Origin: Bacteroidota bacterium
Lineage (GTDB): Bacteria > Bacteroidota > Bacteroidia > Flavobacteriales > Flavobacteriaceae
Reading direction: 5' to 3'
Length of the DNA stretch: 64,000 bases
Assembly (NCBI GenBank): GCA_947466955.1
Contig: CANIFM010000001.1
Span: 1,314-65,313, forward strand
Shown here piece by piece: positions 8,787 through 18,114 of this stretch. The translations under genes and the position numbers were made by a program. The notes beneath the pieces were generated by a model, which searched no databases, was not told the DNA's origin, and saw only the letters and a list, made by a program, of their open reading frames with translations. Every line of letters starts with the position of its first letter. The first letter of the stretch is position 1.

Positions 8787-10310
8787 ATGGAAACAATCAA
8801 AGACAAAATAATTCAAGAATTTATTAACCAAAATGAGAATGCTTTAAATAAAAATAATTTAAAAGACAAAATTGATAATATCATTTTAAAATCTAAATTA
8901 AAAAATGAAGCACTGGATAATGAATTTAATTTAAATAATTTTATTTACATCGATATATCCCTCAAATACGGTATTGATAGATTTTTTAATTTGATTGTTT
9001 TTTTTCAAGAAGGCATATTATTAAAAAAATATTTTTATTGTAAAATAAAATTTTTGACTGATACTAATATTTATAATTTTCTTAAAAAAGTAAAATTAGA
9101 TAGTAATAATGATTTAATTAGTTTGATTGAAACATTTAAAGACGAAAAAAAGAATATTGATAAATTAAATAAGATTAAAGCAGACCAAATAAATCAGAAT
9201 TTTATAAATGAAACGAAACATATAAAAATTTCAGACCATGAAATATGCCATCATATATATCAAAAGTATTATTTTGCATCTGAATTAATCCCTAATTTTT
9301 TTGAAAAATATAAAGATGAAGAGGATTGCTTAAGGAAAAAATATAAATATAAATTCAACTATTTAAAAACAACTAAAGAGAAATACAGTTGTTTTGAGGT
9401 TGACTCTAAAACAGGTTTTTGTGAAAATGATAAAGGTGAAAAAATGTCAAGATATGAATTAGATAAATTTAAAATAAAAACAATAATATATAATGGCTCG
9501 AGTGATATATACTCTACCGATAAAAACACTGTAGATACAGTTACTACATTATTAAAAAAAGAAAAATTAGAAGAGCAAAAACTAATAGAAAAGAAGAAAA
9601 ATTTTATTAAACCTTATATAGCAAATTTGATAAATTCTATTGATTCAGATTTGAATGGTAAAGTAGATGTTTTAGAGTATGAAATGTTCTTAGATTTTAT
9701 AAAAAATAATCAAGAGATAATTCAGGAGATAAACTCTGATTATATTAAAAATTTTGTAAAAATCAATAATTATATTAAAACTAAAAGTGAAAATATTCAA
9801 TTTATTTTTGATTATATAAAGAACTGTATTGACAAAGATGATTTTGATATAAATTTTGGTATTTTAAATAATGAAATTAATGTATATAATCAATTGCAGT
9901 TTCATTCATTAGCAATGGTAACTTCATTATTAGAAAAAGACATGATTTTATTTTATGAAATCTATGAAACATTTGATAAAATTGGGATTTTTAATTCTAA
10001 TTGGGAAAATGAAGTATCAAATAAATTGAGCGTTGTTAATGAAAGTATTTCAAATTTAGGAGATAGACTTACCCTTGAATTTGACTCATTAAGAGTATCA
10101 ATTAATGAAGTTGGGTCTCAAATCAACAATTCACTTAAAAAACTTACCTATGCAAACAAGGCATCAATTGAAAATCTAACTGCTAGAATGGATTATAGGT
10201 TAAGTAGCATTAATTCGTCAATCAACACAAATAATCTACTTACTTTAATTAACACTTACCAAGTTTATAAAATTAATCAGAATACAAAATCATTAAAAAT
10301 AACAAAATAA
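8787..10310 (+). CDS. Hypothetical protein with C-terminal coiled coil
   Basis: 507-aa ORF; EF-hand-like DSDLNGKVDVLE; heptad-rich C-terminus. Confidence 0.6.
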   Translation: METIKDKIIQEFINQNENALNKNNLKDKIDNIILKSKLKNEALDNEFNLNNFIYIDISLKYGIDRFFNLIVFFQEGILLKKYFYCKIKFLTDTNIYNFLKKVKLDSNNDLISLIETFKDEKKNIDKLNKIKADQINQNFINETKHIKISDHEICHHIYQKYYFASELIPNFFEKYKDEEDCLRKKYKYKFNYLKTTKEKYSCFEVDSKTGFCENDKGEKMSRYELDKFKIKTIIYNGSSDIYSTDKNTVDTVTTLLKKEKLEEQKLIEKKKNFIKPYIANLINSIDSDLNGKVDVLEYEMFLDFIKNNQEIIQEINSDYIKNFVKINNYIKTKSENIQFIFDYIKNCIDKDDFDINFGILNNEINVYNQLQFHSLAMVTSLLEKDMILFYEIYETFDKIGIFNSNWENEVSNKLSVVNESISNLGDRLTLEFDSLRVSINEVGSQINNSLKKLTYANKASIENLTARMDYRLSSINSSINTNNLLTLINTYQVYKINQNTKSLKITK

Positions 10311-10371
10311 TTTTCTTGCTAATAAATAAAATTTCATTTATAAAACCATATTAATGGACAATTAATAATTA

Positions 10372-10404
10372 GTCATAATTTGACAAAGTCATTTATTACA
10401 TTTG
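10372..10404 (+). promoter_or_regulatory. Operator copy 4 plus -7 promoter element
   Basis: GTCA-TAATT-TGAC 10372-10384, 12 nt, TACATTTG 10397-10404. Confidence 0.8.
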
Positions 10405-10530
10405 CCTCATAATAAAATCTATATCAATGGATACCTAATAATTTCAATCCTTTTTCATTCATTATAAAGTCTCTGACAACCTCAGTGGGTTCGTCATGCT
10501 TTAATGATCCTTAACATCTTGAAGAAAAAA

Positions 10531-11031
10531 ATGAAAGAAATTAAAGAAAATTATGCCTTAAAGGTAAAACCCAGACGATTTATTTATCACGTTACTTGTT
10601 CTAGCCATCGGGAAAGTATTTTAAAGAACGGATTACTTGGTTGCCCTAAAAAAATTAACGGTTTTCGCAATGCCATTTTTGCTCACAATAGCCCAATGCC
10701 AGATTATAGTTGGTATCCGTTTTGTTTTGATGCAGGTTGGGGATGGGATTACAGTCTAAAGTTCGACGACCCCGTTGATTCCTTTGCTCATCAAATGGAA
10801 CAGAATGGTTACGATTTTTGGAGAATTGACACTTGGGAATTTAAAAAAGAATGGTTTTTAGATGATGTGGGAATGAATGATTTTTATGAAGGTTCTCGAT
10901 TTCCATTTTTAATTGTTACTTTCGATAACATTCCACCAACTGCTTTAAAAAGATTTAGATTTCATGCTGAACCAAAAGTAATTCATTTTGATGGTGTGGC
11001 TCATTTGGAAGGTAGATTTAGAGCTGCTTAA
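10531..11031 (+). CDS. Putative ADP-ribosyltransferase-fold (Tpt1/KptA/DarT-like) protein
   Basis: FIYHVT...RESILKNGL at the N-terminus and DNIPPTAL near the C-terminus are typical of this fold; start taken at ATG 10531. Confidence 0.55.
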   Translation: MKEIKENYALKVKPRRFIYHVTCSSHRESILKNGLLGCPKKINGFRNAIFAHNSPMPDYSWYPFCFDAGWGWDYSLKFDDPVDSFAHQMEQNGYDFWRIDTWEFKKEWFLDDVGMNDFYEGSRFPFLIVTFDNIPPTALKRFRFHAEPKVIHFDGVAHLEGRFRAA

Positions 11032-11072
11032 AATTTCAAAATCCAGCTGTTTTTCTGCTGGATTAATTGTTT

Positions 11073-11105
11073 GCCATTATTTGACTAAGCTAAATTGTAT
11101 ATTTG
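11073..11105 (+). promoter_or_regulatory. Operator copy 5 plus -7 promoter element
   Basis: GCCA-TTATT-TGAC 11073-11085, 12 nt, TATATTTG 11098-11105; preceded by hairpin ATCCAGC..GCTGGAT 11041-11063. Confidence 0.75.
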
Positions 11106-11131
11106 TAATCTAATCTTAAATATCAACTTCT

Positions 11132-11926
11132 ATGGTTATCAACTATCCTTCTGCTGTTTCCAATATTGTTTGTATTGATTTATTAAATTTGACTTCTCAA
11201 GAACTTCAAAACTATTTTTTAATATGTCCAGAAGTTAGCACAGCAAGACAATATTTAAAAATGCTTCATTCTAAATTGCATAATGATTTAGTTAATGAAG
11301 AGCATCCTCATTTAGTATATATTGAAAATAATTTTATTGTGGGTACTAGAAGACATCAACAATCGTTTGAAAATTTTCAATTGGGGGGATTAGAAATTCT
11401 TCAGGAAAACACAAGTTGTCAGGTTGATATTAAATTATTCAATGAGATTGAGAAAAAATTGGTTCAGAATAAATCATTATTTTTAAATCCTTTTTTGATG
11501 GATTGTTATAAAAGTGCTTTTAAAAATCCCGTAGAAATTAATCCATTATATTTTTCCTTTTTAAATGCTTTCATTGAAGTAAGTGCTGCATTAGCAATAA
11601 CTCCAATTGAAATTAATAAGCAATTCAAGATACCAACATTTTTTTATGATTTGAAACTAGAGGTCAGTCAAGTATTTTTAAATAAGATTTATTTTAAGGA
11701 TGGTTTGCCTTTGATTTTTGTTTTCAAGGACAAACAAAACACGGAGTATATGGCTTGGAATAAAAATTATTTGAAGGCATTACAAAATGTAGCACCTATC
11801 AATGGATTAGTTATTGACAATTTAGAAACCTTAAATATTGTTTTGGAAAAAATAAATGAAGTAGGTCTAATCAACTTGAAAGAGGAAGAATTGGCTTTTT
11901 TAGATTTTTATTCCAAACTAAAATGA
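11132..11926 (+). CDS. Unknown 264-aa family, paralog A (DUF6576-like C-terminus)
   Basis: Shares VCIDLLN, LHNDL, PHL.Y.E.N, LGG.EIL, FVFK..M.WN with 14143 and 23009; tail VLEKINEVGLINLKEEELAFL. Confidence 0.75.
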   Translation: MVINYPSAVSNIVCIDLLNLTSQELQNYFLICPEVSTARQYLKMLHSKLHNDLVNEEHPHLVYIENNFIVGTRRHQQSFENFQLGGLEILQENTSCQVDIKLFNEIEKKLVQNKSLFLNPFLMDCYKSAFKNPVEINPLYFSFLNAFIEVSAALAITPIEINKQFKIPTFFYDLKLEVSQVFLNKIYFKDGLPLIFVFKDKQNTEYMAWNKNYLKALQNVAPINGLVIDNLETLNIVLEKINEVGLINLKEEELAFLDFYSKLK

Positions 11927-12013
11927 AAGAACTAAGGCTGATTTAATTAGTCTTTTATATAAATTAAACTTACTATTGAATGAATAATACTAACTATAAA
12001 TAAAATTACTACT

Positions 12014-12844
12014 ATGAGTTTATCAGATTTTATCAAAATTAACAAAAATGAAATTTCAAATTTCCAACAAAATGGTTTTAGATGGGAAAAATACAATCGA
12101 ACTTCTGTAATCTCAATTCCTGATTTTAATGATTTAATTAAAAATAATAACTTTCAAGAAGAATTAAACCGAGAAATAATAATTGATGCTTTTAATGAAA
12201 ATGATTATTACAAAGCGTTTGTTTTAGCTATGATGTGGGGAGGAATAAATGCGACAAGACCTTCTGAAAAAGGAAATAAATTAACGACAAATTTTTACAA
12301 ATCATTGATTGATGGCAAAGAATCTATTTCTAATAAAATGGAGCGAATTGTAAAACTTGTAAATGCAAATGAAATAGAAAAGGTATATTTATCAATGATG
12401 CCAGAAAATGAAAATCAAATTCAAGGAATTGGCGAATCTTACTATACTAAATTATTTTATTTTATAAGTTGTAATAGCAATGAAATTAAGATTAAACCAT
12501 TGATTTATGATAAATGGACAAAACTCATACATATTGGATTATTAATTGAAGCTAATGAAATCGATTTACTTTGTAAGTTTTATAAAATTAATGATTTAAA
12601 ATCGAAAATTTTATCTCCCCAAAAAACAGATATTATATATCCTAAAAATGATAAAAAAACAGATTCATATATTGATTATATAACTAGAATGAATGTTATA
12701 GCTGATGATAATAAATTAAATGTGGGGAACTTAGAGGCTTATCTTTTTGGAAATCCATTAAAAGGAAAGGTAAATAAATCAATTGCCAACCCTAGAGTTT
12801 TTATTAAAAATTATGTTTGTAAAAATTTAATTCTAAATGACTGA
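12014..12844 (+). CDS. HhH/OGG-fold DNA glycosylase-like protein 1
   Basis: AMMWGG...IQGIGESYYTKLFYF...PLIYDKW...NLEAYLF: HhH hairpin plus Lys/Asp pair as in OGG-like proteins. Confidence 0.7.
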   Translation: MSLSDFIKINKNEISNFQQNGFRWEKYNRTSVISIPDFNDLIKNNNFQEELNREIIIDAFNENDYYKAFVLAMMWGGINATRPSEKGNKLTTNFYKSLIDGKESISNKMERIVKLVNANEIEKVYLSMMPENENQIQGIGESYYTKLFYFISCNSNEIKIKPLIYDKWTKLIHIGLLIEANEIDLLCKFYKINDLKSKILSPQKTDIIYPKNDKKTDSYIDYITRMNVIADDNKLNVGNLEAYLFGNPLKGKVNKSIANPRVFIKNYVCKNLILND

Positions 12845-12903
12845 AATTATTAAAACAGGTTAAATTATATCAATTTATTTAATAATTACTAAAACACTTT
12901 ATT

Positions 12904-13758
12904 ATGAAAAACAACTTCATTACCATTACACTTAGTAATAGTGAAAGGCAATCTTTTGCTCTAGATTTAAAGAAATTGGAATTAAAAGATAATTCGTCAA
13001 TTGAAAATTTAGATGCTTTTATTCTATTACAAGACTTAGAGAAAATCACAATTATAAATTGTGAAAATTTCAAAGATTTGTTAGTATTAGGTTCGTTCAA
13101 AAAACTCAGAAAATTAACTATTGAAAACTGTGATTCTATTACTGATTTAAGTTCAATAAACAATGTTCCTAGTTTGCGAAGATTAAAATGTAGGTTTCAG
13201 AATTTAGAGGTTTTAAGAACCTTAAAAGACAATCCATATCTAAAAATTCTTTCACTTACAGAAAGAAATTGCATAAGTCGGTTTGAACTACTTCAAGGTA
13301 ATTTTTTAATTGTAAAATTTATTACACCTGAAATTATTGATTTATCACCTATTGAATCTTTACATCAAATAACTAAACTGGAAGTATTATATTCTAATTA
13401 TTTGAAAAATATAAATACACTTAATAAAGTTAATAACTTGCAATTTATTTGCCTTTCTCATTGTACTGAATTGAGTAATTTAAATCCGTTAAAAAACTTA
13501 GATATTTTAAAAGAACTGGAGCTTTCTAATTGCGATAAAATTAAAAATACCGAAACTCTTTTTGAAATCAAACAATTGGAAACTCTCAATATTATTGAAT
13601 GTTACGGAATTTCAACCATTAAAATAAAAAATGATAATTTTTCCATAAAATCACTCACAATTAGTGGCTGTAAGAATTTATCTCGAATTAATCAAATTAA
13701 TAAACTGAAGTCATTGCATCAACTTCAAATAGAATCTTATTTAAATAATTTTCAATAG
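12904..13758 (+). CDS. Leucine-rich repeat protein
   Basis: Repeated LxxLxLxxCxxLxxL units (LRKLTIENCDSITDLS, LKELELSNCDKIKN). Confidence 0.85.
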   Translation: MKNNFITITLSNSERQSFALDLKKLELKDNSSIENLDAFILLQDLEKITIINCENFKDLLVLGSFKKLRKLTIENCDSITDLSSINNVPSLRRLKCRFQNLEVLRTLKDNPYLKILSLTERNCISRFELLQGNFLIVKFITPEIIDLSPIESLHQITKLEVLYSNYLKNINTLNKVNNLQFICLSHCTELSNLNPLKNLDILKELELSNCDKIKNTETLFEIKQLETLNIIECYGISTIKIKNDNFSIKSLTISGCKNLSRINQINKLKSLHQLQIESYLNNFQ

Positions 13759-13769
13759 GTTTTCACTTT

Positions 13770-13802
13770 GTCATTATTTGGCTAAGTCATTTGATATATT
13801 TG
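13770..13802 (+). promoter_or_regulatory. Operator copy 6 plus -7 promoter element
   Basis: GTCA-TTATT-TGGC 13770-13782, 12 nt, TATATTTG 13795-13802. Confidence 0.75.
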
Positions 13803-13829
13803 CAATATTAATCCTAAAATCAATTTTAT

Positions 13830-14099
13830 ATGTATTTATTTATAATCATATTCATTATTATTAATTATTTGGCTGCGGTTGGTTATGCTGATATTTTAAG
13901 ATTGAATACAGACCGATTATTGAACACTTTTGCTTTTACAACTTTAATTATTATTGTTGTTGTTTTCTTTTCTTGCCCGAGCATAATGGAAAAATGGATA
14001 TTAGGTGTTATTATCTTTGAATTAATTGGGTTTATATTATATATTAAAGGTTGTTTGGAATATAACAAAAATGAAAAAGATAAATTAAATCAAAATTAA
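13830..14099 (+). CDS. Small membrane protein (about 3 TM segments)
   Basis: Three hydrophobic stretches; directly downstream of the operator-promoter. Confidence 0.55.
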   Translation: MYLFIIIFIIINYLAAVGYADILRLNTDRLLNTFAFTTLIIIVVVFFSCPSIMEKWILGVIIFELIGFILYIKGCLEYNKNEKDKLNQN

Positions 14100-14142
14100 G
14101 TTTTTGAAGTAAATTAAATTATTAAACTTAAAATCAATCTTT

Positions 14143-14937
14143 ATGAATTCAAATTATGCGCTTGCTGTTAGTAATGTTGTTTGTATTGATTTGTTAAATT
14201 CTTCATGGGAAGAAATCCAAAACTATTTTATAATATCCAATTCACCGAAAGATATCAGAATCTATTTAAAAAATATTCATTCGGCTTTGCATAATGATTT
14301 GTCAAATGAAGAAAATCCACATCTGATATATTTAGAGGAAAATTTTATTATTGGAACTAAAAGGAATAAACAAAATTATAGCCATTTTCAATTAGGGGGT
14401 CTTGAAATTCTTTCTAAAAATATAAATACCAAGGCTATTAATGAAACTTTTTTTGAAATTGTTGAGTTGTCTATAGTTGGAATTAATTGTTTTGAACTTC
14501 CGCCAAAATTATTAGATTGTTTTAAAATTGCATTTAATAAACCAAATGGTATAAGTAGATATGCTACTAAAATCATTAATGCTCATATTCAGGTTTCTGA
14601 TTTATTGGCTATTCCTTTGTCGCAATTAACTGAGGATTATAATGTTGGAATTCATTTCTTTAAAAAGTTATATACTTCAAAACTAATTCTAAAAGATGTT
14701 TATTACAAAGACCAATTTCCTTTGATATTTGTATTTAAAGATGCCGATAATTTGGAATTGATGGGTTGGAATACGGAATACCTAATTGCATTGCAAAATA
14801 TCAAAACAAATAAAGAATTGTCAATTTATACAGGTGCTAATGTAGATAAAATATTAGATAAAATAAATAAAGTTGGACTAATCAACATAGATGAAGAAGA
14901 AATGACATTTTTAAACTATTATTCAAAATCATTATGA
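14143..14937 (+). CDS. Unknown 264-aa family, paralog B
   Basis: Same motifs as 11132; tail VDKILDKINKVGLINIDEEEMTFL. Confidence 0.75.
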   Translation: MNSNYALAVSNVVCIDLLNSSWEEIQNYFIISNSPKDIRIYLKNIHSALHNDLSNEENPHLIYLEENFIIGTKRNKQNYSHFQLGGLEILSKNINTKAINETFFEIVELSIVGINCFELPPKLLDCFKIAFNKPNGISRYATKIINAHIQVSDLLAIPLSQLTEDYNVGIHFFKKLYTSKLILKDVYYKDQFPLIFVFKDADNLELMGWNTEYLIALQNIKTNKELSIYTGANVDKILDKINKVGLINIDEEEMTFLNYYSKSL

Positions 14938-14966
14938 AAGTTAGCATTAACTTGAAGCAAAAGCTA

Positions 14967-15317
14967 CTAATACATCAACTGCACCTTTGATTTATTATTC
15001 CAACCTGCTTGGTTTTCATATTTTACAAAGTATATCTTTAAGTCGGCTTGATTAGCATATTCAACAAAATATATTTTTTTATCAGCTTGGTTCGAATAAT
15101 CCGTAAAGAACCATTTACCTTCATTCTTGCTCACTTGGTTTTGATATTTAACTTTATAAACCTTTAAATCGGCTTGATTTAAATAATCTACTACAAATTC
15201 TTTTACATCTGCTTGGTTTTGATATTCGACTGAATATACTTTTTGAGCTGACATCGTAATTGATAAAAAGAATATTGTTATTATTATTATTATTATTATT
15301 ATGTGAATTTTTTTCAT
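14967..15317 (-). CDS. DUF6150-like secreted repeat protein
   Basis: Signal peptide then repeated YxNQAD(L/V/K)K units. Confidence 0.7.
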   Translation of the reverse strand: MKKIHIIIIIIIITIFFLSITMSAQKVYSVEYQNQADVKEFVVDYLNQADLKVYKVKYQNQVSKNEGKWFFTDYSNQADKKIYFVEYANQADLKIYFVKYENQAGWNNKSKVQLMY

Positions 15318-16132
15318 AATGAAGATGGAATTAGTTCATTTTTAATATTTTCGAGCAATTCAACTACTGTACCAAAACGATGGTCGGTATCATAATAATA
15401 AAGTTTATGTTTAACCTTGTTTTCATCCAAATATGATGTTAGTTCATCAAAACTTAGTAATTCGTCGGAATTGGCTAGATGCAGCGTGTAGTGGTTTCCT
15501 TTATAGTTTTTTAATTCCTCTTTACATTTTTTTTCAAAATTGGATAAGTAATTAAGATAAGCCTCGGTAAAAAACCAATTTTCAGCGGTTTTTAAATTAA
15601 CTTGAGCTTTATTAACCTCTTTTTTTAAAGTTGTACTTGGTGACCAACTTGGATTTATTGAATGGACTCTGATTTGGTTGGTATGATTCATCGCACGAAC
15701 ATAGTTGGCATAAAACCCACCCAATGAAGTACCTACTACAATGATGTTGCCATAATGTTCTTGAATAATGTTGCCTATTTTTTTTATGACCTCGTTGGGA
15801 TTATAATTTAATTGGGGAGCAATTAATTCAACGCTATCTGTTAACCCATTATTTATTATCCATTGATTGATAATAGCTTGCTTGTTTTCTGGAGCACTAT
15901 TAAAACCATGCAATAACAAAATTGTGGTTTTATAATCGTAATTGGGTGTCAGAAAATCATATGGTACTCCAATGACTTCATTTTTGTATTCTAACACAAT
16001 TCCTTTTATTGGTTGTATTAGGTTTTTGGTATCTGGTATTTGTTGAAGAATCGTTCCAACGGGAATATCAATTGTAGTCCAATCTTGATGTTTGCAACTA
16101 ATGAATTTTATGGTTTTGAATTGCTTTGTCAT
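15314..16132 (-). CDS. YqiA/YcfP (UPF0227) alpha/beta hydrolase with N-terminal extension
   Basis: LLLHGFNSAP, GTSLGGFYA nucleophile elbow, INP, DELL, DHRF. Confidence 0.85.
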   Translation of the reverse strand: MTKQFKTIKFISCKHQDWTTIDIPVGTILQQIPDTKNLIQPIKGIVLEYKNEVIGVPYDFLTPNYDYKTTILLLHGFNSAPENKQAIINQWIINNGLTDSVELIAPQLNYNPNEVIKKIGNIIQEHYGNIIVVGTSLGGFYANYVRAMNHTNQIRVHSINPSWSPSTTLKKEVNKAQVNLKTAENWFFTEAYLNYLSNFEKKCKEELKNYKGNHYTLHLANSDELLSFDELTSYLDENKVKHKLYYYDTDHRFGTVVELLENIKNELIPSSL

Positions 16133-16149
16133 TTAAGAAAATATTTACA

Positions 16150-16201
16150 CAAAAATAATATTTTACTAAGACATATTTTGTCCATCATAAAAATAAATTT
16201 G
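16150..16201. promoter_or_regulatory. Operator copy 7 between divergent promoters
   Basis: GACA-TATTT-TGTC 16170-16182; CAAAAATA 16150-16157 (TATTTTTG on -, 12 nt away); TAAATTTG 16194-16201 (+, 11 nt away). Confidence 0.75.
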
Positions 16202-16270
16202 TAATCAATAAATTTTGTTAATTTAGCAATATGCTTTAGTAAAAGTTATTAGAAATCAAAAAATTAAATC

Positions 16271-17281
16271 ATGCACCCAGAAATTGAAAATTTAATCAAA
16301 ATTGCACTTGCCGATGGGCAAGTAACAGATAAAGAGCGTGAAATAATTTTACGGAAAGCTGAAAAATTAGGACTTGATTTAGATGAAGTTGAAATGTATC
16401 TTGAAGGTATTCTAGATTCTAACAAACAAGACAATTCCTCGACATTAACTCAAGCGACTAGTCCTAGTCTTGGAAGTAAAACATTGAAAAATGATACTTT
16501 TAGTGACAGAAAATTCACTCCAAAAAAAGTAAAGCAAATCGAACGCGCTCAACTCAATAAAGAAAATGAATTGGAACTTAAAATTTCAGAACTTTCAGAT
16601 AGTAAAAAAGTATTATTTAATAATCTTGAAAAATTAATTGATGAAATAAGAATACCGCAAAGAGATTTAGTTAAAATAAAAAGTAGTTTTGATAAACAAC
16701 TAAATTCAATAAAAGAGGACTATAAGAAAAATGCAAATATCAAACTAGGAAAATTTATTAATGAAATAAATACTGCAATTGCTAAAAAGTTTGGTGGGGG
16801 TAAATTAAATTTTGACAAACCTGAAAAGTTTATTGGATTGGATTTTATGGAATTAACAAAATTAATAGAAACAGAGGGAGGATTGAATCTTGATGATTTG
16901 CAGAGCAAGAGGAAAAAAATTCGTCTGTTATTATATTTTTTATGCATACCACCATTTTATTATGTTTATATAAACTTTCTTGGTTTACCTGAAGGTTTGA
17001 ATCATATTGAAAATAGCGGTTATAAAACGCTTTTTGGATTTGCAATTCTTATTTCACTTGGTATGAAGATTATTAGTTTATCGGAATTAATTGCCGGGAA
17101 AAAATCTAATTTATCTAGAGTAGATTTAAACTCAATTATTAGAGAAGTTAGAAGAAAATATTCGAATAATTTTGATGAATTATTAAAATTAAAAAATGAA
17201 ATTATTCGCTTAGAATTAATTCAAAAGAATCTGAAATTGAAAGACATTGCAGTCTATGAAAAATTCTTAAAAACAAAATAA
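16271..17281 (+). CDS. Membrane protein with TerB-like N-terminus and coiled coil
   Basis: LIKIALADGQVTDKEREII (TerB-like ADG..ER), coiled-coil middle, two hydrophobic segments. Confidence 0.55.
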   Translation: MHPEIENLIKIALADGQVTDKEREIILRKAEKLGLDLDEVEMYLEGILDSNKQDNSSTLTQATSPSLGSKTLKNDTFSDRKFTPKKVKQIERAQLNKENELELKISELSDSKKVLFNNLEKLIDEIRIPQRDLVKIKSSFDKQLNSIKEDYKKNANIKLGKFINEINTAIAKKFGGGKLNFDKPEKFIGLDFMELTKLIETEGGLNLDDLQSKRKKIRLLLYFLCIPPFYYVYINFLGLPEGLNHIENSGYKTLFGFAILISLGMKIISLSELIAGKKSNLSRVDLNSIIREVRRKYSNNFDELLKLKNEIIRLELIQKNLKLKDIAVYEKFLKTK

Positions 17282-17305
17282 TTTTACATTAATTAAATTA
17301 AAAAA

Positions 17306-17998
17306 ATGGAAAAAATTGATTTAGATAAAATCGAAACGGATATTGACCAATTTTATAAAATTAGTAAGCATATCGAGGATGTTATTAAAAGTGTAGATAA
17401 AACCGAAAATAAAATAGAATTAGCTAAAGAATCTATTAATAAAGAAATTTTGCTCAAAAAATTTCCATCACAAGCTATAGGTTCTGTTGTATTGTATAAT
17501 GAACTAAATGAAAAATATAATTTGTATGTTGAAAATCAATTCAATAAAGTAATTCGTTTTTTAGAACATATCGAAAATAAGGAAAAAAAATATCGAGATT
17601 TATATCTCAATAGTACCGAAAATTATATTATCGACCCTAATGGTATTCCATTCAATGAGTTAAAACAAGAAAAAAAGGAAATAGATAATTGTTATGAGCT
17701 ATTGTTAATTTTAGTAAAAGAAGTAAACGGCGATATAGTAAAATTTAATAAAGTATATAACAAATTAGAAGATGCTGGTTTATTTATGACTACGCCAGAG
17801 AAAGCAAATCAGCAATACTTATTAGAAATATCTACAAAATTGGATAATGTAATTGAAGGATTAAAGGTTCTATTTCAAAGTTTGGAAGAAACAAATAATT
17901 CATTAAGAGAAATAGAGGGAAATACAAGTGAAATTTCTTTAAATATGTATGATGTTAGAAGTCATTTATGGGATATTTCTTGGGGAACAAATAAATAG
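17306..17998 (+). CDS. Hypothetical coiled-coil protein
   Basis: 230-aa ORF, heptad C-terminus; local similarity to 8787-10310. Confidence 0.6.
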   Translation: MEKIDLDKIETDIDQFYKISKHIEDVIKSVDKTENKIELAKESINKEILLKKFPSQAIGSVVLYNELNEKYNLYVENQFNKVIRFLEHIENKEKKYRDLYLNSTENYIIDPNGIPFNELKQEKKEIDNCYELLLILVKEVNGDIVKFNKVYNKLEDAGLFMTTPEKANQQYLLEISTKLDNVIEGLKVLFQSLEETNNSLREIEGNTSEISLNMYDVRSHLWDISWGTNK

Positions 17999-18054
17999 AG
18001 GGATTAAGTATTTGTTAGATTTTAAAAATAATTAAATTTTCAAACTTCTATTTA

Positions 18055-18087
18055 GTCATATTTTGACTAACTGTGATATTATATTTG
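18055..18087 (+). promoter_or_regulatory. Operator copy 8 plus -7 promoter element
   Basis: GTCA-TATTT-TGAC 18055-18067, 12 nt, TATATTTG 18080-18087. Confidence 0.8.
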
Positions 18088-18114
18088 TAACCTAAATCTT
18101 AAATATTAACTTCT

